Source: Batkoa obscura (lineage: Eukaryota). From it: 64,000 bases of DNA. Shown in pieces: positions 1 to 11,918 of this stretch. The stretch is from the NCBI GenBank assembly GCA_030770535.1, contig JASVEC010000003.1, positions 310,001-374,000 of the forward strand. Direction: 5' to 3'. A program made the position numbers and the translations under genes. Position 1 is the first letter of the stretch. Every line of letters begins with the position of its first letter. Under the pieces are notes generated by a model that was not told the origin of the DNA, did no database searches, and worked only from the letters and a program-made list of their open reading frames with translations.

Positions 1-259
1 CTCCAATTTTTTTTAATTTGTTGGTAATTTCTCTTATGCGAAAATCAAAATTCGATTTTTTTATAATTTATAAATCCACATAAAATGTTCATTGATTTTA
101 AAAATTTAAAATGTTATCTAATTGCAAGTCATTTTAATGAATCTTTTGCTTCATTTCAATAAAAATAATGACGTCTTTAACTTTCAATAGAAATTTATTG
201 ATTTTAAAGTTCACTAAAAATAACTAAAAAATTTTAATTATTTTTCCAAAGTATTTATA

Positions 260-1647
260 ATGGAAGAAATCAGTAAGCTTCTTAATGATCTTATCAAAAT
301 TGAGAATATTAGACAGTTAGATGATGAGAATCAATTTGATAGTGGAAGTAGTGAGCACAATAACTCATATAATGAATTTGAAAGTATTAGTAGAGAGGAG
401 GTTGGCAAATTGAGGTTATATGATGGGGACCGAATTGGCGCTCTTAATAGGTTGGAAGCAACAAAGTTGTTTAATATCAATCCGGAACTTAGAAGAAGAT
501 ATAATAGATTAAAGAGAATGGTAGCTAATATCAATGAAGAGATGAATGAAATTAAAAAATTGAATGAATTGGAAAAGGAAAAGGAAGAGTTATCAAAACG
601 TAAAAGGAAGAAAGAAGACCCGGAAGAATTAGCTAAAAAAATCGGCGATGATTTAACTATTAGTGGTTTTTTAAATGGAAAAATTTCGATTCAGGCTGGT
701 GCCGATTTATTAAATATAAGCTGTGATGCTTTTAATAAAAGAGTTTATAGAAAAAAAAAGGAAATGGGTACTAATAGTGATTTCAGTAATTTTAAAAAAA
801 AGTGTATAGTAAAATAGTAAATGAGGATGCACAAGATCTTATCCATGATTATATAACAAGGAGTTATGATACTACGTTAAGTCAAGTAAAAGACTTTTTA
901 TTAACAAAAAAAATCGATATAACTAAACTTGCAATAAGTAGAGTAAAGCATAAGATAGATCTTATATATAAGCAAGGAGCTCAAATTAAAAAAGTATGGA
1001 ATAATAAGGAGACAATTTTAAAAAGAAAACAATATATTGAAGAATATAAAAGATTAGCACCATGTGAGTTTATTTATATTGATGAGATTTATTTCAAACG
1101 GCATGCTATCAGTCGAAGTGAACGTGAGTCTAAAGGATTAAAAGTCTTGTTAACACCAGAATCAACTCGTAAGAGTATTAACTATATTATAGCTGTATCC
1201 AAGTCGGGGATTGAAAGTTATAAAATAATTGATAGGTCGAAGATATTTAGTAATACTCACGACGACTTTGAATATTTTATGTATGAACTTTATTTAAAAA
1301 ACAAACATAAACGAAACGTGTATGTATTTAACAGTGCAAATACAGATGTTATTTCTGATAAGCTAAAAAAGTCGATTCGATCTTGTAATTCATTTATATT
1401 AACTTTGCCGGAATATTCGGTATTTTTGAGCCCACTTGAGTTGTTTTTTAATGCCTTAAAATTCCAAGTTAATAGTTTACCACACGATAATAATTCAGAT
1501 GTCATTAAGAATATAATTAAAGTTCAAAGCAAAATTGGGAATGCCCAACATTGTGAGAATTACTTTCAACAGGCAGGAAATTATATTTCTCCATGTGAAG
1601 ATGGTTCCATGTTTAAAGGTAGCATTTTTGAACCGGATACTTTATAG
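260..1647 (+). mobile_element. IS630/Tc1-mariner-like DDE transposase split over two overlapping ORFs (260-817 coiled coil + HTH; 802-1647 catalytic domain in the -1 frame)
   Basis: ORF2 has FIYIDE (first D) and LPEYSVFLSPLELFF (cf. LPPYSPxLNPIE). The second-D position reads VYVFNSA instead of xxDNA. ORF1 ends with HTH-like ISIQAGADLLNISCDAFNKRVYR. No TIRs recognised. Confidence 0.75.
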
Positions 1648-1963
1648 CTAAAAGACATAGCGGGAAGATGTGTTGAAAACATAAGTGAATTGTTAAACAA
1701 GAATTCAAAAAATAGGAAGAAAGCAAGCGGAAATAAGTGTATTTATTTTTATTTGGCTTTGAGAATCCCAATCTATTATTATAGCAATGTGTTGGTTATT
1801 TTATATAACAAATATTTTAGGATTACCTAGAATTAAAAAATGATTTTTCAGTGAGTTATAAAGATATTGTGATTACTTTACTCAACATTGAAAAAAGGCA
1901 TAGTTTACAGCCTATGTGTTTGTTAAAAGCAAAAGTAAAATAAAAAAATAATAAATGGATAAA

Positions 1964-2597
1964 TTAAAATTGTTGATCAGTAGCGCCAGGAGTACTAGAA
2001 ATGGAAAGATTTGTGTTATCACCATCCATAGTAATAGTAACTAAAGAGATGAAGTAAATTGGCAAATCAATGTTATCAATCGATCGAAACTGCTTCAAAG
2101 TTTTCTTATTAAACATACTAATATAATACTCTAACATCAATTGATATTGAGGATCAAATAAGGTCCAATAAAGAGTTATTGTAGCATTATCATGCCTCTT
2201 AAAATTTAATGTATACTTATCCTTAATTTGAAATGCTTTTTTAATCATAGTAACCTCTTGATAGCGTTTTGGATTTTTTTCATAATAAGTAAGATTCCAA
2301 GTAGTACTAGTAAAGCCAAGTCCAAGCCTTTGACATTTTAATTTTAAAATATCTTGACCTAAGGGTGAATCAAAGAGTTTGGAAGAATTCTGAGATACTT
2401 TAAAATTGTAAACTTGTTTCGTTTGATGATTTTTAAACTCAAATGTTTTGGTTAAAAATTCTGCTTCATCTATTGTATAAGTAATTTTTTCATTTTCAGT
2501 CCTATTACTTACTATTCATATCATCTCCCATCACTTCACTGTAGTTAGGTGGTATTTCATATCCGTTATTACTAAGCCTATTTGGTTCAAGACTCAT
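1964..2597 (-). pseudogene. Tubby-C/LOR-like family member 1 (frameshifted, internal deletion)
   Basis: ATG 2597 reads MSLEPNRLSNNGYEIPPNYSEV, then a stop at ~2505. A shifted frame continues EKITYTIDEAEFLTKTFEFKNHQT...WNLTYYEKNPKRYQEVTMIKK into the 1964-2248 ORF. Clearly paralogous to 8024-8686. Confidence 0.8.
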
Positions 2598-4820
2598 TTT
2601 GTTTTTATCTAATAATTCAAAACTATCGTATTTATATTGCTATTTAGTAATACATATTTAATTAAACTTCTCTTTCTTCCTTTTATTAGTCAGATACATC
2701 ATTACTGGGCTAACACTCTAACTAACTACTATTATCAATTATAATTCTACCACCCATTTGCTTAATGTTGTAATATTTTATAATTTAGTGATGTTTTTAT
2801 CTTAAACAAAAAGACCAATGAGTCCTTTACGCCATCGTAACCCTATCGGGACCTAGTTGACAGATTATTAAGAGATGATTCATTTTAAAATTCTCATATA
2901 ATATCAGCATCTATGCTTTGATAAATTAAAATAACAATTTAATTATAAGAAATACAGATAAAAAAGTTGCAAAAAAAGTTGTAACAGCTATATATAAATA
3001 AAGTTTCTTTTTTAAATTGCCTACCTAAACCAGGATACATGGCAACGTTTATATAAACCAAACTTCAATACTTTGTCCATTTTATTGTAGAAAAATAGCT
3101 AATGTCATAATACTCATACTTTTAAATGCTTAAAAGCGTAGAGATGATAGAGTGTTCTTAAGATTATGCCCTCAATACCAAGGTTGTTTAAATGCTATTT
3201 TATAATAACTTAATGTATATTTCATACATAAGGATACTTTTTATCTAGTATTGCTCAAATTTTAAGCATATATTATGTTATATTATAATGATATCAAGTA
3301 TCAATTGATGAACATATGCTGTTTAAAATTAATATCTCATATAGTCCGTTTTGCTTTACTTCTAAATTTTAATCAAGCTCAGAATTTTTAATATTTTTAT
3401 AATAAATATGACAATATACAATAAGGTAAGCTATTAAAGTTGTCAAGTATTAAAAAAATTGTAAACTTAGAGCAAAGTAGCATATTAATAAAAATTAAAG
3501 ATATTGTATTTTAAAGATTATTTTATTATATTGAATTATTTTTTTACTTTCTCATTTTCTATAGATGCAAATTTTAAAAAAACCAACAACTAAATATTAA
3601 AATAAAACTAAATATTAAAATAAAAAGCATTTGTAAATATTTGATTCAATTATTAATGCCTGATTGTATCATGACCAAATCTATACCAGTTTCACTTAAA
3701 TGTCACACTGTATTTCACCTCTCTGCCTCTTCTAAAAGTAGGAATTTATTAAACTCAGCTCTTATCTTACTAGGTGGTTTTCTCTCAGTAATTTAGTCTC
3801 TTAAATCCATTGACTTAATTTTTTATTGTTTTATTTTAGTTGACAGAAGACTTAAAGCCATAGGCTCTTTAAAAAAAGGTTTATAGCTTTATAGTAGCTT
3901 ACTATATAGCATACTTTTTATAATTTGTTTAAGAAAATATACTAAGTTATTTATTAATTTGCAAAAGTTGAAGGTGAACCAAAATAATTATACGCTATAC
4001 TAAATTTAAATGATTGTATCTTTATTGAAAGTTATATAATATGACTATAACATATTTTGATATGTAAATTAAACTCATAAATAATTTGTGCTATATAAAA
4101 GGCCACCTATAATAACATTACTTGAGCTATTGTAATAAAACATTAAATAGTTTTGTCATTGAGTACATTTGGTAATTTTAATCATTTCAGAAGAGATTGA
4201 GCTCCCAAGAGCTTTATTATCTAAATAGCTATAAGAAGAAATATTTGGCTGTTTATATATTGTATCTCAAAACGTTAGTCTACTTTACAAGGTAATTTAA
4301 TACGTTTTAAAAAGTTTATTACACCTTTACAAACCAGAACAATGAATTTAAATTGTATATTTACTATTTAAAATCAGCTCAACTTGGCAAGCTTTTGCAG
4401 CTATTAAAGTTCAAATTGCAATCTTAATTAAAATTTCTTTGTCAGTAATTGTTAGATTGCATTTTTAAAGCCTAATCCTTAAACTTTGGTGAAATTTATA
4501 TTTAAACTTTTGTTTCTAAATGAACAAGTTAGCCCACTGAGCATTTGAACTTTATCAGTCGTAAGGTTTTAAAAAATATGCTTGAGCTAACTCAAAGCAT
4601 TGAAATAAAGGCTAAATAACTTTTCAGTTAACAAAAAACTAGCAACTGAGTAAAAATTTGATTTTTTGGTCAATTTTTGGTCAATTTTTATAAATTTCAA
4701 TAGAAAATCGGCGAATATCAAGTTTGACCACAAGCTTTTCTAAATAGAAATCGTCTAAAAAATCTCAGGACTATAAATACAGATGTAAATTTAGTTTAAA
4801 AATTATAAAATAATAATAGT

Positions 4821-5660
4821 ATGGATATGAATATGGATAAAAAAGAGAAAGTCGATTTTAATAACAATAATTTAAATAAATTTAGTAATAATTCAAATGA
4901 GTTTCTGCCTAGTTATAATGAAAGTTTAACCCCAGAATCAAGTACAAGAGGGCTAACAATGAATACAAACAATTTCCCAGAACCAAATATAAGAGCCCTG
5001 GGAATGAATATGAATAGTTTTATACAGTCAAATTCAGGAGAGCCAGGAACGAATATGAATAATTTTATGCAGTCAAATACAGGAGGGCCAGGAATGAATA
5101 TAAATAACCCCATGTTAATTCAAACTAGATATGATGTTAGCATAGGTGGGCTTCGTAAGAAAAAAATTGACTTCAAGGATAACCAAACTGGACAAGTATA
5201 CAATTATAAAGTTACAGAAAAAAAAGCTAAATATAGAGGAGATGATAGAAAAACAGTGATTAAACTTAAGCGTAATAAAAAGTTTTCAAAGACTGGTAAT
5301 TGGATGATAGACTATAAGAAAAAGTATGAAGGAAGATATAAAGATATAACATTATTTAAAGATTCGGTTAATTCAGTTCCAAGGTATACTATGGGTTTTA
5401 GAAGACTAGATAATCAAATCATGAATTTATATTGGACCACAGAATCTATTATGAGTAATAATTGGTGCTTATTTGATGTTAATTTTAATAAGCTTATGGA
5501 ATATAACATTCAAACATTTAAACATAATTCTTTAAGTCAATTCTGTTTTATTGATGAAGTTGACAAACAACTTTTTTTATTAGTTTTAGCTTTTGTTATT
5601 GTAAATCATGGATCTAATGATATGGGTGATTCCTCTAGTGATGATAGTGACAGTTCTTAA
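4821..5660 (+). CDS. Tubby-C/LOR-like family member 2, with LPSY motif and 15-aa N/M/G-rich repeats
   Basis: 279-aa ORF; TATAAATA at 4772; core aligns by eye with 8024-8686 (LYWT...NNWxLFD...EY...QFxxIDExD + hydrophobic helix). Confidence 0.85.
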   Translation: MDMNMDKKEKVDFNNNNLNKFSNNSNEFLPSYNESLTPESSTRGLTMNTNNFPEPNIRALGMNMNSFIQSNSGEPGTNMNNFMQSNTGGPGMNINNPMLIQTRYDVSIGGLRKKKIDFKDNQTGQVYNYKVTEKKAKYRGDDRKTVIKLKRNKKFSKTGNWMIDYKKKYEGRYKDITLFKDSVNSVPRYTMGFRRLDNQIMNLYWTTESIMSNNWCLFDVNFNKLMEYNIQTFKHNSLSQFCFIDEVDKQLFLLVLAFVIVNHGSNDMGDSSSDDSDSS

Positions 5661-6030
5661 TTTAATATTTTAACCATTTATATTAATAAAATTTCCTTAT
5701 ATACTATATCAAATAAATGCTTAAGCGTTCAGTATTCCTATTTCACAAATGTATAGTTGAAGCAAAATATGATTAAGATAAACAACGATAAAGTAGTTAT
5801 ATCATACTATTAATAAACCATTGTTATTTTAATATATCCCATTTGGTTGTGTTGTCATTTCACATTATAGAACCTTAGATCCAAAAATAAACTTATAATT
5901 TAGTCATAAAATAAAAAGCCTGTTTATTCTAATCAGCTGAACAAACAGGGATACAAACAACAACTTAAAAATTTTAAATTCATGGTTAACTATTTTTGAT
6001 TTATAATATCAAACCAACCTTTAGATTTAA

Positions 6031-6663
6031 ATGAGTAGTGTTGTAGAATCTGCTTCAAATTTGCCAGTTGATACTAATCATCCTCCGCGCTATAGTATGG
6101 TGGTTGAAAACGACATTGAAATTCAACAAACAGAGGAAGAGGAATCCGAAGCTATAATAGAACCAACTAAATTTCAATTTAGTAGATCAAAGTATATTAA
6201 AAGGGAAGTATGTTGCACCAGTTTAGACGAAAATCAAGTATATTATATAAGTGTAGTAAAAGAATCAGCTAAGTTGATAAGTAAAGAAAGGCAAACAATA
6301 TTAAAATTAAGTGAGGTTAAAAGTGGTTTTCGAGGGACAGCATGGAGAATAATACCTATATACGAAGATTTGATAGATACCCTAGAAGTGCTATTTGGGA
6401 TGAGTAAGTTTTCTGAGATCGATTCTCTTGACGTTAAGATTACAAAAAGAGATGGGAACGTGTTCAAATATCAAGTAGTCAAAAGAGCTTTCTCTTATAC
6501 TAGATATAAGTTGATTGATGTGAGATATCCAGAACAAAAAGTATTGGAGTTTCGAACATCTCTATTTGGTCCTAATTCTATTAAGTTATATACCCCCGTA
6601 AACAAAGAAGATTTCGAAATACTTCTTTTAGCTATTATTTTTTTTGTTACATATAAAAATTAA
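6031..6663 (+). CDS. Tubby-C/LOR-like family member 3 (PPRY motif), divergent
   Basis: 210-aa ORF with NHPPRY and TILKL...W; ends VNKEDFEILLLAIIFFV like its paralogs. Confidence 0.8.
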   Translation: MSSVVESASNLPVDTNHPPRYSMVVENDIEIQQTEEEESEAIIEPTKFQFSRSKYIKREVCCTSLDENQVYYISVVKESAKLISKERQTILKLSEVKSGFRGTAWRIIPIYEDLIDTLEVLFGMSKFSEIDSLDVKITKRDGNVFKYQVVKRAFSYTRYKLIDVRYPEQKVLEFRTSLFGPNSIKLYTPVNKEDFEILLLAIIFFVTYKN

Positions 6664-7289
6664 TATTGGTTTTTATTCGCAATATTTTAATTTAGTCATT
6701 AATAAAGTAAACATCAAATAATGTAAATCCCGGTTCTCGATAATCAAATACTAAAATATATGACTTTAATATTTGACTATGATTATTAACAAACTCATGC
6801 CAATAGAATTTTTACAGCCTTATGAGTTAAAATAGGTACGGTTTATTCTATTTTTAAAGAACACCTAACATTGGCTACTTCCCTTCTCACCATACTAAAC
6901 AGTTGAATCAATTCTAAAGATGCACATTTTTTAAATACACTGTAGTATAATAAGAAATAGCAGGTATTCATGCTATTTTTAAACTAACCTTAGGGAACCA
7001 CTACTAATTATAATATCGTCAAACGAAGGAAATGAATAAACAGATTTGTTTACTTATCTAACAACTTGTTTGCTGTTTCGTTATTGTCAAAGCATTATTA
7101 AAGCTAAGTAAAATAATAGTTTCTTAACAGGCAAATTAATCTAATAGCTCATAAAATTTCTCAAAAGCAATACTTTATTAGTATACCTTAAATATATAAC
7201 CTTTGTTTATCATCTAATGGATTCTATCAGAGTCTTTTAAATATTTTAATAATTTCTAAAAAGAAGCAGACATCAAAATTAAAATACAA

Positions 7290-7940
7290 CTAACCCCTTC
7301 TCTTCCCCCAGACCTCGTTTACTGACTTTTTTTTAGTTAAAAGACTTAGTCCCAAACTTCCATCAGTATATGGCGCTTTGCGCACTTAGCTTCTACTTCT
7401 TTTTCTATCATTTCACACTTTAAATCTATTCAAGCTTTTTGTTTTCGTTACTTTACTTTAGGCCTTACCTCTCTCCATAGACTTACTTCATGCCCAGCAG
7501 CTGTTGCGCTCTGGAATTGGATTTTCTCTTCCCTCAGTTTAAACTTCAGTCTGTTTTCATATAATCATTCTTTTACCCCATTTTTTCCTCAAATTATGAG
7601 GTACCTCCTTTGATTAGAGCCTTTACCCTGTGAGCAGGATTGTGAACCATACATAAAAGTTTTACTAATTTCTAATTTGACCCATCATCTTCCTATATCC
7701 TTCTTTTCAACCCCATCACTCTGTCCATTCAATGGGAAACCATATGGAGATTAGAATCAAAATGGACTTCATTTCGTCATCCTCAATCTACAAAAGACAG
7801 ATAGAGTTTAGACTCGCTACCTGTTCTTCCAAAAAGACTTCCATGAAAGGTAAAGTCCTTAGAGTTGACTGACTCTAGTATTAATACATTCTGCTTTGGC
7901 TGATAAAATACTTGGGCCATAAGCCTTTCAAGAAAAAAAA
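7290..7940 (+). mobile_element. Degenerate 3' end of an L1/Tx1-like non-LTR retrotransposon
   Basis: Frame from 7371 reads WRFAHL...FCFRY...LHRLTSCPAAVALWNWI (decayed zf-RVT knuckle), then GL*TIHK; A-tail at 7933-7940; locally C-rich. Confidence 0.7.
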
Positions 7941-8023
7941 TTAAAGTACAGGTTACAATATTTTATTTACAGCATATAACTTAATAAAAAATAAAGATTA
8001 AGGCGTTTGGATAGATGATAAAA

Positions 8024-8686
8024 TCAAGGTCCACCGCCGCTAGAAGCAACACGTCTTCTACGCTCAGCGTCCATGGTAAGAGTGACTAAAAATAAAAAAT
8101 ATATAGGTAAATCAATCTCATCAATATACTTAAACTGTTTTAAGGTATTCTTTTTAAACACGTTGATATGGTATTCCAACAATGGTTGATTTTGAGAGTC
8201 AAACAGGGTCCAGTTGTTTCCAAATATTGAAGTAGTAGTCCAGTAGAGGCTTGTCATAGTATTATCCTGTTTTTTAAGACTTAATACATATTTATCTCTA
8301 AATTCAAACGTTTTTTTAACCATGGAAACCTCTTGATAACGTTCTGAATTTTTTACTAAATAATCGACATTCCATGTAGTGTTGGTAAAGGAGAACCCCT
8401 GGCGCTTCAATTTTAAAATTTCTTGACCTGAAAGCAAATCAAGGAATTTAGAAGTATTATAAGACACTTTAAAATTATAAGTCTCCCCAGTTTGATTATT
8501 TTCAAAATCAAACATTTTCTTAAAGCATCCACTTTTACTTACTGTATATGTAATTAATTCATTACCAGTCATACCGCTACTCCCTTGAAACTGGGAACAA
8601 ACATCCATATTATTCTCCAATGCATCATTATAGCTAGGTGGTGCTTCAAATTGGCTATTGAAGGGCTTTTCAGTTTCTAAACTCAT
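8024..8686 (-). CDS. Tubby-C/LOR-like family member 4 (PPSY motif)
   Basis: 220-aa intact ORF with EAPPSYND; closest to the pseudogenes at 1964-2597 and 47803-48555. Confidence 0.85.
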   Translation of the reverse strand: MSLETEKPFNSQFEAPPSYNDALENNMDVCSQFQGSSGMTGNELITYTVSKSGCFKKMFDFENNQTGETYNFKVSYNTSKFLDLLSGQEILKLKRQGFSFTNTTWNVDYLVKNSERYQEVSMVKKTFEFRDKYVLSLKKQDNTMTSLYWTTTSIFGNNWTLFDSQNQPLLEYHINVFKKNTLKQFKYIDEIDLPIYFLFLVTLTMDAERRRRVASSGGGP

Positions 8687-9366
8687 TTTGTTTTTCCTTA
8701 AAATCCTAAATTTTCTAATTTATTTATATCTTTGATTATAATGTATACATTCTTAATTAGAACTCTTGGTTTCTTTTATCGGTCAAATAGATCATTATTT
8801 GGGGCCTATCTTTGTTTCAACTAATTACTGCTAAGTACATTTATAGAGTTTATTTGTTTAGTTGTAATAAGTCATTAGGTTGTTCTTAATGTTTCTTTAC
8901 AGATTCACGCTCATATAATTACGTAGAGATAAATAGCTGCAACACTATAAAGAATTTCCCCAAAAATAGCTTTGTTTTTAGAGATAAAAAAATATACACT
9001 GTTGTAGCTAACAATTCGCTTATTTTTTATGTGCATGAGTCTATAGCGAAACATCAAGAACGATCCAATAAAATATGCATTATTCAATCATAAAAGTTTA
9101 TTTTTGATAAGCTTCTAAAAAATTTAACCCTATTTGTTGAAGCTTTATACTAAATAGGGTCTTTAATTAAAACCCGCCCCTTAAAGCTCATTAGTTGTAA
9201 TAAAAGAATGGGTAAAGACACAATTTAGGTTGTTTTGTAATGACATGGTATTACGCGCAGCTTTACTGCTTTAGCCAATCACAACCCTTACTAGTTTTCT
9301 TGTCAGAGCTTAATTAATCTATGGTTAGCTTTTTATCAAAAATACCCAATAATATTTATAACATAT

Positions 9367-9604
9367 GGGTAAATTTAAAAAAGGCTTAAATTTAAAATTT
9401 TCCAATCTCACTTTTTATCCATTTCCTATTTAGCACAAAATTTTTAGTAAACCGTTAAGTAAAATCAGACAAAAAAACATTCTAACATGAATTATTTAAA
9501 ATTGAGTAAAAAGGCAAATTTTCTGTACCACTTGGTGTTTAATTTGCAATTTTTGCTAAAAATCAGAATTGGACAAAATTTGAACTGAGCTCTTAAACTA
9601 ACCC
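9367..9604. mobile_element. Putative 238-bp non-autonomous DNA element (second MITE type)
   Basis: Imperfect TIRs GGGTAAATTTAA / TTAAACTAACCC flanked by ATAT at 9363-9366 and 9605-9608. Confidence 0.5.
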
Positions 9605-9608
9605 ATAT

Positions 9609-9682
9609 GTGGATGTCTTTTGATTTTATAACTTCTCTATTTTAAGCGCTATTGAATAAAAAATGCTAAGGAAATTCTAAAA
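9609..9682 (-). mobile_element. Degenerate partial copy of the ~98-bp MITE
   Basis: GTGGATGTCTTTT...TTTTAAGCGCTATTGA...AAATTCT matches the reverse consensus. Confidence 0.55.
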
Positions 9683-10955
9683 GGCCTATTCTGAATAATA
9701 ATTTAAGTGGCCTATTTTGGATACTTATTACTAAAAATAGATTTGTGACTTAAAATCCTGAATAGTAACAATAAAAAACAATTTAAAATCAAAGGGAAAA
9801 TAAAAACTAGAGTTTCTTAAATAATACATTCATTGTTTCTGTTTTGAGGTCTAAAAACATTTACTAAAAACCTTAAGCTCTTTTTGGAACAAATATTTAT
9901 TTATTTTAATGCAATTCTTAAATAAGATGCTCAAAAGTAGCTTCATAATCTCAATTATTAAGGCTTATACCAACCAGAGGAATAGTTAGATATTTTTAAA
10001 AACAATGCTACAAGTTTTACATAAGCATATGGTAAATGTGAAATATTTATATCTATATAGCTGCTAGCTTCACTGTTAAGCATCAAAGCATAGCTTTTAA
10101 AATTAATCAACTATAACAAAATGCTTACTAAATGTGATGGATTATTATATCAAATATATATATTCTTTGATTAAGTATTGAAAAACCATTTATGTGGGTC
10201 GCTTATTAATAATGAATACAATACTATGAATTCTACTAACTTCAAGCGTTATTTTATTTCATTATCTTTTACCACTAATCTAGCTTGGTAATTGATAACC
10301 TATAGGATGATGCATTCTTAATTAAATGCTAGTATTATACTAATTAGAGCATAAACTTGTAGCTAAAGTTTCTGAAGTAGTGGCCAGATGAGGTTTTGTA
10401 CCTTGACATTTATTTTAAAATTTATAAGCGTTTTTATAGATAGCACTTTATTGTTTTAAAGGTAGGTTTATAAAGGGTTAGTTAAAAATAGATAAAATTA
10501 AAATTATTATATACATATATTTACCAAATTACATGCCCCCGGAATAAGCATTTTTTGACTTACCAGATTTACTTTCAGAAGTAGTAGCTTAATTTTAAAT
10601 ATTTGAAAAGCATGTTATAAATAGATTTAAGCGCTGTTTTCTCAGATCTAGTATTGCTAATATAATATCATGAGTCTATTTTTAAATTGACAAAAGGTAC
10701 TACTATATAGTCAAATTAGTAAATGTATTTTTTCCAAGTATACAAAAGTTAAAAACAAACTATCGATACCCGAGTAAAAACAGTGAAAGCTTTTAATTTG
10801 GCATTGACCAGATAATGCCCAAAATCCAAAATAGTTAGACAGGGAAACCATTAGACTTTGCATATTTTTATTAAAAAATAATGGACTAAAACTATTTCAG
10901 ATATACAAAGGTATATTCTCATCATAAAATTTTAATAATAAGTTAAAAAATTGGA

Positions 10956-11607
10956 ATGTTAAATAGTATATCTAAGAATGAATCAAGTCCATGCCCAAAT
11001 GATAAAACTATCACTAATGAAAAAGGTTTAATAGCCTTGAATTCCGAAAGAAACCAATGCCTTTTTAATAATTATACAAATCATAAAACAGGAGTACTTC
11101 ATCAAAGGTATAAATATGTTAGTGACAAAGATGGAAGGATTTGCTTAAGTGATATATTTTTAGCTGGTGAAAAATTACTCACAGAAGATGAGAAAGTGCT
11201 ATTGAAGTTAAAATATTCTGATAGCCCCTCTTCTTTTAGTTCCTCTACTTGGAATATCACCCGCACCAGAAGATGATAAATTTTACCAATATAAAAGTGT
11301 TACTATGAATAGCAAGACGTTCTAGTTTAGTACAGTTTATACTATTGCTTTGACTACTGAAGAAAGTAGCTTCAAAAAACTGAATTGGGCCCCGACAGGG
11401 CGTATGAAAATGTAATGGCAATTAAAAGATGATAATCACCCTGATGATGTAATTATAAAACACAAAGTCAAAGTGGTTCAGAAAAACCAAATTTATTCAT
11501 ATCAGGACCTAAACGATAACGACCTTTATATTTTTCTTTTAACTTTACCTTTCCTTTTAACTCATCGTGAATGTGGCCATCAAATGTCTGGCCATGGTAG
11601 TGGTTAA
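10956..11607 (+). pseudogene. Tubby-C/LOR-like family member 5 (frameshift and two nonsense codons)
   Basis: ORF runs to STWNIT, frameshifts near 11265, then YKSVTMNSKTF*(11323)...KM*(11413)WQL...DNDLYIFLLTLPFLLTHRE to TAA 11605-11607. Confidence 0.8.
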
Positions 11608-11819
11608 TTTTTTTATTTTTTATTTTTGGTTAGAAGGAAATATTGAAATAGAAATTACACTTTTCACCTTTAGTGGCTTATTAAGCTTTATATGAAGCAA
11701 CATCTTTACAGCTATATAATAAAATAATTAATAAATTAAACATATAATTATTGTAAATATTTTCAATAGAATATTTGACTTGTTTATAAGAGTATAGTTG
11801 CATTTTGATTTAGCTATTT

Positions 11820-11918
11820 GGGGGTGTCTTTTTTAGCTTCATTATTTTTTCCATCTTTTAAGCGCTATTTGAGTGGAAAAATTGTTAGCAAAATTCTCAA
11901 ACGCAAAAATACATCCCC
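11820..11918 (-). mobile_element. ~98-bp MITE copy
   Basis: GGGGGTGTC...ACATCCCC with ATTT on both sides. Confidence 0.9.

Noticed and set aside
260..1647. This transposase as the autonomous partner of the 98-bp MITE
   Set aside because: No GGGGATGT termini near it, and AAAT/ATTT targets do not fit strict TA targeting.
4360..4700. Possible decayed DNA-transposon internal sequence
   Set aside because: No TIR, TSD or second copy found.
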